DNA from: Pyrodictium occultum
GTDB lineage: Archaea; Thermoproteota; Thermoprotei_A; Sulfolobales; Pyrodictiaceae
Assembly (NCBI RefSeq): GCF_001462395.1
Contig: NZ_LNTB01000001.1
Coordinates: forward strand, 450,001-482,000
Reading direction: 5' to 3'
DNA: 32,000 bases
Positions 23,900 through 32,000 of this stretch are shown piece by piece (position 1 is the stretch's first letter; the number at the start of each line of letters is the position of its first letter). Under the pieces are notes generated by a model. That model was not told where the DNA came from and did not search any database. It worked only from the letters and a program-made list of their open reading frames with translations. The position numbers were made by a program, and so were the translations under genes.

Positions 23900-24076
23900 G
23901 TAGCCGTCTATGACCGTGCAGCAGCCCCTACACTCCCAGGCCAAGACAGCCCATGCACCCAGTGGCCCGGACCCGGGAGCACCCCGATAGCACTGCCCGC
24001 GCCTGAGGGCCCCGAATGTGGCCCGGGGGGTGAAGGGGCCGGCTAGCTGGAGAGAGGAGGTGTGGGGAGGAAGACG

Positions 24077-24619
24077 CTAGCTCGCAGGGGCCACCTCCTC
24101 CTTCAGGGGTATTATGCGTATACGGGTTGGCAGTGGCAGCTTAGAGGCGCCACGGCGCAGCGCCTCCTTAGCGTGGTCGAGATGCTTCTTGCTCACCCGC
24201 ACCTCTAGCACCGCCTGGCCGGGGTATACCCTTGCAGCGGTGCCGACGGGCTTGCCGAAGGCCTGCCTCATGCCCTCCTGCAGACGGTCCGCGCCCGCAA
24301 AGGCCATCATCTTGTTCTCGCGGAGCACGTGGTGGGGGTACACCCTTACGCGGAAGAGGTAGTTCTGGTCACCTATGGTGGTGGACAGGTACTTGTGAAC
24401 CATTACACGGGCTGCCTCGAGGGCATTGTGGCGTATCTGGCCGCGCTCCTCCACGTATACCTCAACTATGTAGTCATAGTCGCCGTGCGGGTTACCCATG
24501 GTGAACTTCTGTATCTTCGGCGGCGGCACACCGTGGATATACTCCTTCCTCGTATACGCCGGCCCGGAGAACGCCTTGGACCTGCGCTTCGTGTAGCAGC
24601 GCGCGGGCTTCTGCGGCAT
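24077..24619 (-). CDS. rpl10e: 50S ribosomal protein L10e (uL16)
   Basis: 180 aa. [43 protein letters not shown] is the canonical L10e N-terminus. Confidence 0.9.
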   Translation of the reverse strand: MPQKPARCYTKRRSKAFSGPAYTRKEYIHGVPPPKIQKFTMGNPHGDYDYIVEVYVEERGQIRHNALEAARVMVHKYLSTTIGDQNYLFRVRVYPHHVLRENKMMAFAGADRLQEGMRQAFGKPVGTAARVYPGQAVLEVRVSKKHLDHAKEALRRGASKLPLPTRIRIIPLKEEVAPAS

Positions 24620-24675
24620 GACTGGGCCCCGAGGGAGAGACCCGGAGGTGGCTGTTTATGAAGCCTTCTCCGCCG

Positions 24676-25722
24676 CTACCCCGGCCTAGCGACAATTATG
24701 TAGGGATAGAGGTTCCCGTGGGCCACGCGGCGCTCGTGGGCTATGGACCAGCCCTCCCTCTCCAACACCTGCCTCACCGTCTTATGCTCTGTAGTTATCA
24801 ATACTATACTCTTCTGCACCACTTTAACCGCCTCTCGGAGAAAGCTGTGGTAGACACGCCGCACCTCCCTAGGGCTCCCCATGCGTATCCCGTAGGGAGG
24901 GTTAGACACTATAACATCGACACTGTCCACGTAGCTTGAGAGCCTTGCGGCGTCGCCCACTATGAAGCGTATACGGTTCTCCACCATGGCGGCCCTGGCG
25001 TTGAGCCTAGCACCTCCTATGTGTCTGCGGCTCCTATCCATGCAGATTATCCTGGAGCTCTCCAGCAGGGTTGCCGCCTCCACCGCCACCGTGCCCCCGC
25101 CGCACATGGGATCCATCAATGTTTCTCCGTCACGTATGCCCGAGAGAATTATCATAGCGTAGGCGAGGGTTGGCTTGAGCGCCGCCGGGTGGTCGTATAT
25201 CCTGTAGCCCCTCCGGTGCCAGGACAGCTCGCCGCCAAGCTCTATAGAGACGAAGAGCTCATCGTGGATGACATCCACCGCTACTACTACAGCAGGGTAG
25301 TCGAGATCCACAGGGGGCCTGGCTCCATGGGCTCTGCTCACAGCCTCTATAACAGCGTCCCCGGCCACGCGGGCCACGTCTAGCGAGGAGAAGCTATGCT
25401 TCCCGACGCGCTCAGCCCTCACAGCGAAGCTCGTGTAGGGCGTTATGTACTTCTCCACTCCACTCTCGAGAACCGCCTCGCGGACCTTCTCTAGGCAGCT
25501 GTGGCCGCCGCAGATACTGCTGCGGGAGAGAAGGAGCCTAGCCCGGTGTATCGACTTCATGTAGCTGACTAGGTATAGCTGGTCCTCATCCAGGGATACT
25601 ATTACACGGCCGTGACCCGTCCTGGTCTCGAGGATCCTGGCCCCGAGCCTAGCCGTCGCCTCCTCCGCCACTATGTCCTCTATCCCCGGGTTTGTCGTAA
25701 GTATCAGCGTCCTGGGCGCCAC
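24676..25722 (-). CDS. THUMP-domain RNA (guanine-N2) methyltransferase (Trm14/TrmN/Trm11-like)
   Basis: The N-terminal TNPGIEDIV...THUMP-like domain is followed by a class I methyltransferase with MDPMCGGGT and SNPPYG. Confidence 0.7.
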   Translation of the reverse strand: MAPRTLILTTNPGIEDIVAEEATARLGARILETRTGHGRVIVSLDEDQLYLVSYMKSIHRARLLLSRSSICGGHSCLEKVREAVLESGVEKYITPYTSFAVRAERVGKHSFSSLDVARVAGDAVIEAVSRAHGARPPVDLDYPAVVVAVDVIHDELFVSIELGGELSWHRRGYRIYDHPAALKPTLAYAMIILSGIRDGETLMDPMCGGGTVAVEAATLLESSRIICMDRSRRHIGGARLNARAAMVENRIRFIVGDAARLSSYVDSVDVIVSNPPYGIRMGSPREVRRVYHSFLREAVKVVQKSIVLITTEHKTVRQVLEREGWSIAHERRVAHGNLYPYIIVARPG

Positions 25723-26440
25723 CGCCTCTGCACTCCTCCACTAGGCGGCGGAGCCTCTTAGCTAGCAGGTATAATGCTGACGCCTCGCCACCCGTGAGCC
25801 CCGAGCGCCACAGCACGTGGCGGAGAGCCGCCTCCACCGCCTCAAGCCTCTCCCTGCTGACAAGGGCCTCCGCCACGCTGCGGAGCAGCCTGTAGACCCT
25901 CTCCAGGCTCGCCGCATCAGCCCTTTCATGCAGCTCGCGGCGGCCGCTGAGGGAGATCCACAGCTCGTAGAGCACTATCGCCACTGCATGGCTGAGGTTG
26001 AGCACCGGGTACTCCGGGTTAGCCGGCACATGGACCAGGACATGGCACTTCGACAGCTCCTCCCTGGTGAGCCCGACGCTCTCCCTGCCGAACACCACGG
26101 CCAGGCTCCTGTAGCGCGGCGCCAGCCTCTCGGCGAACTCCCTGGCAGCGACGGCGTGGCGGAGCACGTCGCTGCGCTGCCCCGTCTTCGCACTGGTGCA
26201 TGCGGCTACATCGACACCCTTCAGCGCTTCGTCCAGGCTATCTAGCACTCTGGCGCGATCGAGCATATAGGCGCCGTGGGCTGCGAAGCGCCTCGCCTCC
26301 TCGCTGCCCGGGCTGACTCTCGGCGAGACCAGGTAGAACTCGTCCACCCCGAAGTTGGCGGCTAGCCTGGCTATGAGCCCCAGGTTCACCTCCCCCTCGG
26401 TGCCGACGAGTACGAGCCTCACCTTCGCGGCTCCCGGCAA
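25649..26440 (-). CDS. SpoU/TrmH-family RNA 2'-O-methyltransferase (TrmJ-like)
   Basis: VRLVLVGTEGEVNLGLIARLAANFG ... VVFGRESVGLTREEL ... VHVPANPEYPVLNLSHAVAIVLYEL are the three SPOUT motifs. A Gly-rich tail overlaps the next gene by 74 nt. Confidence 0.7.
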   Translation of the reverse strand: MPGAAKVRLVLVGTEGEVNLGLIARLAANFGVDEFYLVSPRVSPGSEEARRFAAHGAYMLDRARVLDSLDEALKGVDVAACTSAKTGQRSDVLRHAVAAREFAERLAPRYRSLAVVFGRESVGLTREELSKCHVLVHVPANPEYPVLNLSHAVAIVLYELWISLSGRRELHERADAASLERVYRLLRSVAEALVSRERLEAVEAALRHVLWRSGLTGGEASALYLLAKRLRRLVEECRGGGAQDADTYDKPGDRGHSGGGGDG

Positions 26441-27060
26441 CCATACACCACCACTATGTCCTCGAAGAAGAGGTGGAGGCTCCCCTTCTTCAACGCTACA
26501 CCTGCCTTGCTGAGCGCGTCTAGCAGCCTCTCATTGCTTCCACTGAGAGAGGAGTAAACGAGCACCACGCACCGGTAGCCTGGGCAGCCGGCCACTAGAG
26601 CCGCGAGCCTCTCAGCCTCGCCTATACCCCCGCTCCAGGCCAGAGCCTCTATACCCTTATCCTCTACGGGCAGGTAGGGCGTGTTGTACATGATATAAGC
26701 GCCGGCGTCGGGGCAGCGGAGGCATGAGGCATTGTCGCACTGGACTACGTCAACCAGCGCGTCGAGCCCGGAGCCGCGGGCGTTGAGGAGGCTGCAGCGG
26801 GCCGCGCAGGGGCTCAAGTCTATCATGACGGTGTAGCTGCCCCGGCTGGCGCACTCGAGCCCGAGCACGCCAGTGCCCGAGCCCACATCGACGCAGAGCG
26901 GGGCGGGGCCTCCAGCCTCTATCTCCCGAATGGCCTCAAGCGCGAGCCATGTATCCTCCGCAGGCTCGTAGACCCGGGGGCAGACGCAGACGCCACGGTC
27001 ACCATCAAGGTAGACACGCTTATGGCAGCCGGCTTCACAGCTATAGCCCAGCTCCTCCAA
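26419..27060 (-). CDS. HemK/Mtq2-like SAM-dependent methyltransferase
   Basis: VYEPAEDTWLAL, VDVGSGTGVLG and motif IV read as YNTPYLP (NPPY variant). It has a Cys-rich N-terminus and a TTG start. Confidence 0.6.
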   Translation of the reverse strand: MEELGYSCEAGCHKRVYLDGDRGVCVCPRVYEPAEDTWLALEAIREIEAGGPAPLCVDVGSGTGVLGLECASRGSYTVMIDLSPCAARCSLLNARGSGLDALVDVVQCDNASCLRCPDAGAYIMYNTPYLPVEDKGIEALAWSGGIGEAERLAALVAGCPGYRCVVLVYSSLSGSNERLLDALSKAGVALKKGSLHLFFEDIVVVYGCREPRR

Positions 27061-27076
27061 GGCGCCCCGGGACCCT

Positions 27077-27835
27077 CTACGCCATCACTGCCAGCTGGTA
27101 GAAATCGCTAGGGGATAGCTCGTAGACTCTACGCCCCCCTAGGAGCTTCTCAGCCTCGTCACGGCTAAGGCCGAGGCACCTGGAGGCCTGCTTGGCGGCC
27201 TTCCTGTTCCTCCCAGAGAACATGCAGCGTGTAAGCTCCTCCACGCGGCGCAGCTCCTCCCTCCCCGGCCGGTCCTCCCTCGGCTCGAGCACTACTATCC
27301 TCGAGTACACCCTGGGCCTTGGCCGGAACGCTGAGGGAGGCACCACGGGGCCCGGCTTGACGCGGTAAACTAGCTGGACTAGCACGGTTATCCTCCCGTA
27401 GCTGCTGGCGGCGGGTCTAGCCGCTATCCGGTCGACAACCTCCCTCTGGAGAAGAAGCATAGCCGGCTTCTGCGCCTCCACTGAGAGGAGCGAGAGGAGG
27501 GGCCCCGTTATACTGTAGGGTATGCTCCCGTAGACAGCGTCAAACCGCTCCAACACGACCGGGGGGCTTAGGGCATCAGCCTGGACCGGGGCAAACACCG
27601 GGTGGAAGAAGGATAGGCTCCCCAGCCACTCCATGAGCCTCCGGTCGAGCTCTATACCCACCAGGAGGCTGGGCCTGCAGCGCCTGAGGATCTCGGAAGT
27701 TAGGAAGCCCTGGCCCACGCCAATCTCTAGGAGGCGGGTGAAGCCGCACGCCCAGCGGGCGAACTCCCTGGCAACCCAGCGTGCCCTGAGAAAGTTCTGG
27801 CCAAGCCTCCTGGAGGCCCTAGGGCTGGGCTCCAC
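27077..27835 (-). CDS. ksgA: 16S rRNA (adenine1518/1519-N6)-dimethyltransferase KsgA/Dim1
   Basis: RLGQNFLRARWVA..., EIGVGQGFLT, IELD and GSIPYSITGPLL match the KsgA motifs. Confidence 0.85.
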   Translation of the reverse strand: MEPSPRASRRLGQNFLRARWVAREFARWACGFTRLLEIGVGQGFLTSEILRRCRPSLLVGIELDRRLMEWLGSLSFFHPVFAPVQADALSPPVVLERFDAVYGSIPYSITGPLLSLLSVEAQKPAMLLLQREVVDRIAARPAASSYGRITVLVQLVYRVKPGPVVPPSAFRPRPRVYSRIVVLEPREDRPGREELRRVEELTRCMFSGRNRKAAKQASRCLGLSRDEAEKLLGGRRVYELSPSDFYQLAVMA

Positions 27836-28532
27836 TGCTTCCTGATTCCCCCTGGCCAGTGGGTCCGCGGCTCAGCTTCGCGTATATAGTTTCCAGGTAG
27901 TTCAGGTAAAGTGGCTTCACGGGCTGCTCCCTCTCCCGCCTGGGGGGCCTCACGAAGAGGTAGTACTTCTGTCCCCCCTTAAGCTCCTCAACTATACGCG
28001 CCGCGATAACCTTAACCGGGTCTATGTGGATCCTACTCCTTATATCCTCATAGCTCTTGAAGCGCTCCTTCTCCCTAGACTCTATAATCTTCATAACAGT
28101 CTTCTTCCCTACGCCCGGCAGTAGCTCAAGACTGTGAAACCTTAGGGTTATAGGCCCCGCTATGTTGAAGAACTCGACGAACACGGGCTCTTTCTTCCTC
28201 ACTATCTCCTCAACAATGCTTGGCAACATCTCCTTCGCGAACCCCGTCAAGTCTTCATACTCTATGTCTGCCTCCACACGGTATATCTTATCACGCACCT
28301 CTGCAACAGGGCCTACATAGACACGCTCGCCAACCTCGAGCTGGACTCCATGCCTCGGAGAAGCCTCCATGAGTATGAAGTAGTCCTCGCCGATCAGCTG
28401 TACCACCGGCTTGTTCTTATGCCATGGATGCCTATCAGTAGGGTTGCCCATCGGCATGTAGTCTAGCACATAGGCGTACTCTTCATGCGGCCTGCCGCCT
28501 CTCCGGCGCTGCCTCGGCCTGCGCTGCTGCAT
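27819..28532 (-). CDS. DUF655 family protein (OB-fold plus helix-hairpin-helix, putative RNA-binding)
   Basis: EEYAYVLDYMPMGNP...LIGEDYFILMEA...FFNIAGPITLRFHSLELLPGVGKKTVMKIIESRE is the characteristic DUF655 sequence. It occupies the conserved position upstream of ksgA. Confidence 0.75.
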   Translation of the reverse strand: MQQRRPRQRRRGGRPHEEYAYVLDYMPMGNPTDRHPWHKNKPVVQLIGEDYFILMEASPRHGVQLEVGERVYVGPVAEVRDKIYRVEADIEYEDLTGFAKEMLPSIVEEIVRKKEPVFVEFFNIAGPITLRFHSLELLPGVGKKTVMKIIESREKERFKSYEDIRSRIHIDPVKVIAARIVEELKGGQKYYLFVRPPRREREQPVKPLYLNYLETIYAKLSRGPTGQGESGSSGAQP

Positions 28533-28584
28533 TCCAGCTCCCTCTCAAACGCATAGCCCCATACACTACGCCGTCCCGAAGGGA

Positions 28585-28590
28585 TTTAAA
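28585..28590 (-). promoter_or_regulatory. TTTAAA box upstream of the DUF655-ksgA unit
   Basis: A palindromic TTTAAA lies 53-58 nt upstream of ATG 28532 in a 191-nt spacer. GAGGGAG sits closer to the ATG. Confidence 0.3.
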
Positions 28591-28614
28591 CGGGGCGGAT
28601 CGCCGCCATCCTCT

Positions 28615-28656
28615 AGGGAGAAGAGGGAAGAAGGCGAGACAAAGGACAAAAGAGGT
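28615..28656 (-). terminator. Pyrimidine-rich tract (minus strand) downstream of rpoF
   Basis: The plus strand reads agggagaagagggaagaaggcgagacaaaggacaaaagagg, almost pure purine. On the coding (minus) strand this is a C/T tract including TCTTTTGTCCTTTGTC, 70-110 nt after the rpoF stop. Confidence 0.25.
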
Positions 28657-28723
28657 ACTGCGCCCACGCGGCCTCCGCACCGCTGGGAGGAACAGTCGTA
28701 GGGGACCTGGACACCGGACGTGC

Positions 28724-29080
28724 TTATTCCTGCCGAGCCGCGCGCCGGCACGCCTCGGATAGTATCTCCAGGGCCTTCTCCACGTCTGATGCATCATAGC
28801 CGCCGTCTATATCGCCCAGTATAGCTTTAGCCTCCTCCACAGTCTCCGGCAGGATGTTCACGAGGATCGAGGCAGCAAACTCACTAAACCCTATCTCTCT
28901 AAGCTTCTTCATAGCCTCCTCGGCCTCGTCTGGCCCGCACTTCGCGAACTTACCCACATACTCGTAGGTCCTCATAACTATAGGGTTGTCGCCCATCACT
29001 GGGACGAGGGATTCGAGTATCTTTTTCGCTACAGGTATCGGCGTGTACCTGGAACTAAGTATTTCCACCACGGCTGACAC
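28724..29080 (-). CDS. rpoF: DNA-directed RNA polymerase subunit F (Rpo4)
   Basis: 118 aa. The pattern ...YTPIPVAKKILESL...YEYVGKFAKCGPDEAEEAMKKLREIGFSEFAASILVNILPETVEEAKAIL is Rpo4/F-like. It occupies the conserved L21e-RpoF-DUF655-KsgA order. Confidence 0.8.
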   Translation of the reverse strand: MSAVVEILSSRYTPIPVAKKILESLVPVMGDNPIVMRTYEYVGKFAKCGPDEAEEAMKKLREIGFSEFAASILVNILPETVEEAKAILGDIDGGYDASDVEKALEILSEACRRAARQE

Positions 29081-29203
29081 CCTAGGGGCGTGCTCGACTG
29101 AGAGTGAGGCACGAAGGGATACCAGTCTCGCCTCCCCGGCCGCGAAAGAGGCCTCGAGGCTGCGGAGAGCCTGGAGCCTCTTCGCCTACTGCAGGCCGAG
29201 GGG

Positions 29204-29536
29204 CTAGACCCCCTCCTTCTTCTTCGGAGGCGTCAGCGCCTCCGGCGGCACCGGGCGCATATGCTCGGGCCTCACTATGAGCGTCTTTACCTTGCTGCCG
29301 ACCTTCAGCTGAAGTATGTAGGCCTTCCCCCTTCTCCCGACAACTGTCGCGACCTTACCATGGTAGCGGCGGTGGGGCATACCTTTCATCACTGAGGGGT
29401 TTATTATTATGTACACCTTGTCTCCCGGTTTGTACTCGTGCATCAGTAGGCTTAGGGGAGGTACTGCGCCGCGCTCACGTACGTGCTTGCGGAGGAGCTT
29501 TCTGGTGCGGTGCCTGAAGCCCCTGGATGCCTTCAA
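29204..29536 (-). CDS. rpl21e: 50S ribosomal protein L21e
   Basis: (M)KASRGFRHRTRKLLRKHVRERG...YKPGDKVYIIINPSVMKGMPHRRYHGKVATVVG is typical of L21e. It has a TTG start. Confidence 0.9.
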   Translation of the reverse strand: MKASRGFRHRTRKLLRKHVRERGAVPPLSLLMHEYKPGDKVYIIINPSVMKGMPHRRYHGKVATVVGRRGKAYILQLKVGSKVKTLIVRPEHMRPVPPEALTPPKKKEGV

Positions 29537-29572
29537 TGCTCCAGCCCCGGGTCCCGCGGCTGTGGGGGCGAG

Positions 29573-29580
29573 TATTATAT
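29573..29580 (-). promoter_or_regulatory. TATA box (minus strand ATATAATA) upstream of rpl21e
   Basis: It lies about 37-45 nt upstream of the TTG start at 29536, immediately after the pus10 stop. Confidence 0.35.
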
Positions 29581-29584
29581 CCTC

Positions 29585-30949
29585 TTAGCGTGCCCGGGCC
29601 GGAGGCTGCTCCAGCACTCCCAGCACGTCCAGCTCCGCGCAGTAGGCGTCGGCGCCGAGGTACTCGGCGAAGCTCGGCGTAGTGTCGCCGCCATCCCCGC
29701 TCACAAGCTCCTTTATGTAGAGGCCGCCCTCAGCCACTATTACAGCCTCGAACACTGTCGGGGCCAGCCTCCGGGCCTGGAGGGAAAAGACGGCCCTCTC
29801 CCTCACCACGTCCGGGCGGCGGTGCCTCACCCGGCGGGGAGTCCTCTGCCTTATCGTGGCCCCGGTGAAGTACTCCTCGAGGCCGCGTAGCTCCTCCTCA
29901 CGGACCTCCCTGGCAACCACCACCAGGGCTTTGTATATCTTAGCCCTCCTGGAGTGCTCCCCCTTGATCTCAGCCACGTCTCTGCGGCGGGCCCTAGACT
30001 CTAGCCTCACCTCGACCAGGCCAGCAGCGTAGCGGTTGACCAAGTCCCCCAGGAAGCCGGCGGAGAAGCTGCGGCGCCGGGCAGCCTTCAGCTCCACTAT
30101 GAAGGGGCGGCCTAGGCCGAGCATCCTCGCGTCTGCATCCTCCCGGCCCGAGCCGTGGAGGATGACGTCGTCGACGTCTGCCGCCTCGGACAAGATGAAC
30201 AGCGCGTCCTCGACACTGAACGGGTAGCGGCGCTTGCCCCTCCTGGTCACCCAGGCTGTCTGTGAGACGCGGCGGGCAGTCTTCCAGTACCGGCCGCGCA
30301 GTAGGAGAGGCATAACTCGTATCTCCACATCCCCGCTGGGGATGTCGACTACCACAACCACGTCAGGGTTGTCGAACTCGGGGACTAGGCTTGTGAGCCT
30401 CTGTATCCTCTTACTAACCTCCCTCTTCACCTCCGATGCTATCGACTCCGCGTACACCAGGCCGAACATCCTCTTCAGCTCGTCCTCACGCTCCCTCAGA
30501 CCCGGGTCTAGGCGCGCTGCCACAAGGAAGCTGGAGACGTCCATGCCGGAGAGCTGCTCGACCGCCCTCCTCGCGGCCTCGTCGAATAGGCCTGGGAGCC
30601 TGGAGCCGCAGATGTAGCAGCGCCTAGCCTCCAGCGGCTTACCGAATACCTCGCGGTAGAGCCCCTCCGCTATACCGCCTATACTGGGTGCTAGCCTCTC
30701 CAGCTCCTCTCTGGCCTCCTCACGGCCCTCTCGGAGGGACATGTGGAGCGACATCACGAGGAGGCGTTTCAGAGCCCGGCCTCGCTCAGCGTTGCTCCAC
30801 CCCCTCCCCAGGAGGGCGAACATCCTGCCGAGGCAGTGGTCGCAGAGAGGGTACTCCCTCAGCAGGCGGTAGGCTTTCTCAACCAGCGCCCAGGCCTCTC
30901 CCGGCTCCCTCCTCTCCCCGCCCGCAGCCTCCGAGGCACCGCTCATCAT
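29585..30949 (-). CDS. pus10: tRNA pseudouridine(54/55) synthase Pus10
   Basis: 454 aa. It has the N-terminal zinc-binding YPLCDHCLGRMF...CYICGSRL, a THUMP-like region, and a C-terminal catalytic domain ending GGLYIKELVSGDGGDTTPSF. Confidence 0.85.
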   Translation of the reverse strand: MMSGASEAAGGERREPGEAWALVEKAYRLLREYPLCDHCLGRMFALLGRGWSNAERGRALKRLLVMSLHMSLREGREEAREELERLAPSIGGIAEGLYREVFGKPLEARRCYICGSRLPGLFDEAARRAVEQLSGMDVSSFLVAARLDPGLREREDELKRMFGLVYAESIASEVKREVSKRIQRLTSLVPEFDNPDVVVVVDIPSGDVEIRVMPLLLRGRYWKTARRVSQTAWVTRRGKRRYPFSVEDALFILSEAADVDDVILHGSGREDADARMLGLGRPFIVELKAARRRSFSAGFLGDLVNRYAAGLVEVRLESRARRRDVAEIKGEHSRRAKIYKALVVVAREVREEELRGLEEYFTGATIRQRTPRRVRHRRPDVVRERAVFSLQARRLAPTVFEAVIVAEGGLYIKELVSGDGGDTTPSFAEYLGADAYCAELDVLGVLEQPPARAR

Positions 30950-31391
30950 ACGCTACCATTGCCGCGGCTAGCAGCCACCAGGGCTTAAACCCGGCGCGGC
31001 CCCGAGCTAGAATGCAGCTGCTGCAGAGGCCCTCCTCAAGCACCTCCCAGGCCTCCACACAGCCCCCGGCCTCCTCGAGCACGTCGCCGGGATTCGCCTC
31101 GATCCCCGGCCAGGAGCCCCGCTCAAGGGCCGAGCTGAGCACGCCGAGCAGTGTGGGCTCGTCCGCCCTCAGCCAGCGCACTCTAGACCCGTCTATCCTT
31201 ACCGTGACCGGCCTCCACTCCCCCGCCTCGAGCCACACAACAGCCTCTACACAGACCCATCTACGGATGCCGCCGGAGAGCAGGAGGGCGGCCGCAGCAA
31301 CCATGCCGGCGCGGAGCAGGCTGCCGGGGGAGGCTTCGTCGCGGTAGAGGACCCTAACCCGGCAGCTTCCCGAGCCGGGAGAGCTTCTCAA
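30879..31391 (-). CDS. Hypothetical protein (up to 170 aa), very GC-rich
   Basis: It is the only same-strand ORF filling the 404-nt gap between srp54 and pus10. It overlaps both (38 nt and 71 nt). It uses the AGG/ATA/GAG codons seen in neighbouring genes. See the findings for a weak TrmY-like resemblance. Confidence 0.35.
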   Translation of the reverse strand: MRSSPGSGSCRVRVLYRDEASPGSLLRAGMVAAAALLLSGGIRRWVCVEAVVWLEAGEWRPVTVRIDGSRVRWLRADEPTLLGVLSSALERGSWPGIEANPGDVLEEAGGCVEAWEVLEEGLCSSCILARGRAGFKPWWLLAAAMVAYDERCLGGCGRGEEGAGRGLGAG

Positions 31392-32000
31392 GTATATCCT
31401 TCCTCTTCCTCAGCTGCTTCATCATCCTCTTAACCGTCTTGTAGTAGTTGTACAGCTCCCTAACATCGCTGGTCTCGACGCCTGCCCCTATGGCTAGCCG
31501 CCGGACCCTGCTCCTCTGCTCCAGCAGCTCCGGGTTGTCAAGCTCCTCGAAGGTCATAGAGTCCATTATACTTATCCACTTCTTCATCTTCTCCTCGCTC
31601 ACCCTAGCGGCCTCGTCGAAGGAGTCGAGCATAGCCGAGAAGCCTGGTAGCATCTGGAGCACCTTCCTGAAAGGCCCAAGCTTTTTCATCTGATGCAACT
31701 GCTTGTAGATTGTGCGGAACGTTATCTTCCCTGCCATCATCTCCTCCATAGTCTTCTCGAACTCACCGACGCTCTGGAGCCTCTCTATCTTCTCCAGCAG
31801 AGACTCCAGGTCACCCATCCCGAGGATTCTTGCAACGAACCTCTTCGGCCTGAACACCTCAAGCTCGTCTACGTCCTCGCCGGTGCCGATGAACTTTATT
31901 CTAGCGCCCGTAGCAGCCACCGCGGACAGCGCACCGCCGCCCTTAGCGGTTCCATCCATCTTCGTCACTATTATGCTGCCTATCGGGGTCGCCTCGTGGA
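31354..32000 (-). CDS. srp54: Signal recognition particle protein SRP54 (5'-partial; continues beyond the window)
   Basis: The frame is open to the window edge: ...IGSIIVTKMDGTAKGGGALSAVAATGARIKFIGTGEDVDELEVF (GTPase G4/G5 region), followed by the Met-rich M domain. Confidence 0.9.
   Translation of the reverse strand, partial: HEATPIGSIIVTKMDGTAKGGGALSAVAATGARIKFIGTGEDVDELEVFRPKRFVARILGMGDLESLLEKIERLQSVGEFEKTMEEMMAGKITFRTIYKQLHQMKKLGPFRKVLQMLPGFSAMLDSFDEAARVSEEKMKKWISIMDSMTFEELDNPELLEQRSRVRRLAIGAGVETSDVRELYNYYKTVKRMMKQLRKRKDILEKLSRLGKLPG

Noticed and set aside
30688-31347. 219-aa plus-strand ORF rich in Pro/Ser/Arg
   Set aside because: It is antisense to pus10 and the GC-rich ORF, and its composition is typical of an out-of-frame reading of high-GC DNA.
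1-32000. CRISPR arrays, IS elements, rRNA genes
   Set aside because: I saw no regularly spaced repeats, no transposase or integrase-like ORFs and no rRNA-like sequence in a visual pass over both strands. This was a visual scan, not a computed repeat search.

Overview
This is a GC-rich archaeal chromosome segment. Gene order (PCNA-PriS-Gins15-like, L44e-S27e-aIF2alpha-Nop10, Dph2-methylase-Csl4-RpoL) and protein signatures point to a crenarchaeon, probably Desulfurococcales-like. From about 5.5 kb to 32 kb the window holds tightly packed housekeeping genes that look intact. These are an SDR, a FAU-1-like RNA-binding protein, tRNA-Leu(CAG), a small RHH protein, UPF0147/UPF0148, and the three enzymes of the archaeal anhydromevalonate-phosphate branch of the mevalonate pathway (AcnX large and small subunits, UbiD-type decarboxylase). 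They continue with a Clp1-type polynucleotide kinase next to an RNase-H-fold (YqgF-like) nuclease, a RecA paralog and CDP-archaeol synthase. An uninterrupted minus-strand array then runs from 15.3 kb to the window end: Nop10, aIF2alpha, S27e, L44e, Gins15-like, PriS, PCNA, TFS, RpoL, Csl4, a METTL5-like methylase, Dph2, L10e, a THUMP methylase, TrmJ-like, HemK-like, KsgA, DUF655, RpoF, L21e, Pus10 and a partial SRP54. The unusual part is the first ~5.3 kb, a minus-strand cluster of four genes. They encode a secreted octahaem (HAO-superfamily-like) cytochrome c, a translationally coupled coiled-coil protein with a C-terminal membrane anchor, a secreted HExxH metalloprotease with a PGF-CTERM-like tail, and an HTH_10 regulator. 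By hand translation, three of these four genes carry six single-nucleotide frame disruptions in total. Two of them sit exactly inside CXXCH haem-binding motifs. I found no frame disruption in the remaining ~26.7 kb. All family assignments are by-eye motif recognition. No searches were run, and start codons are often uncertain by a few codons.
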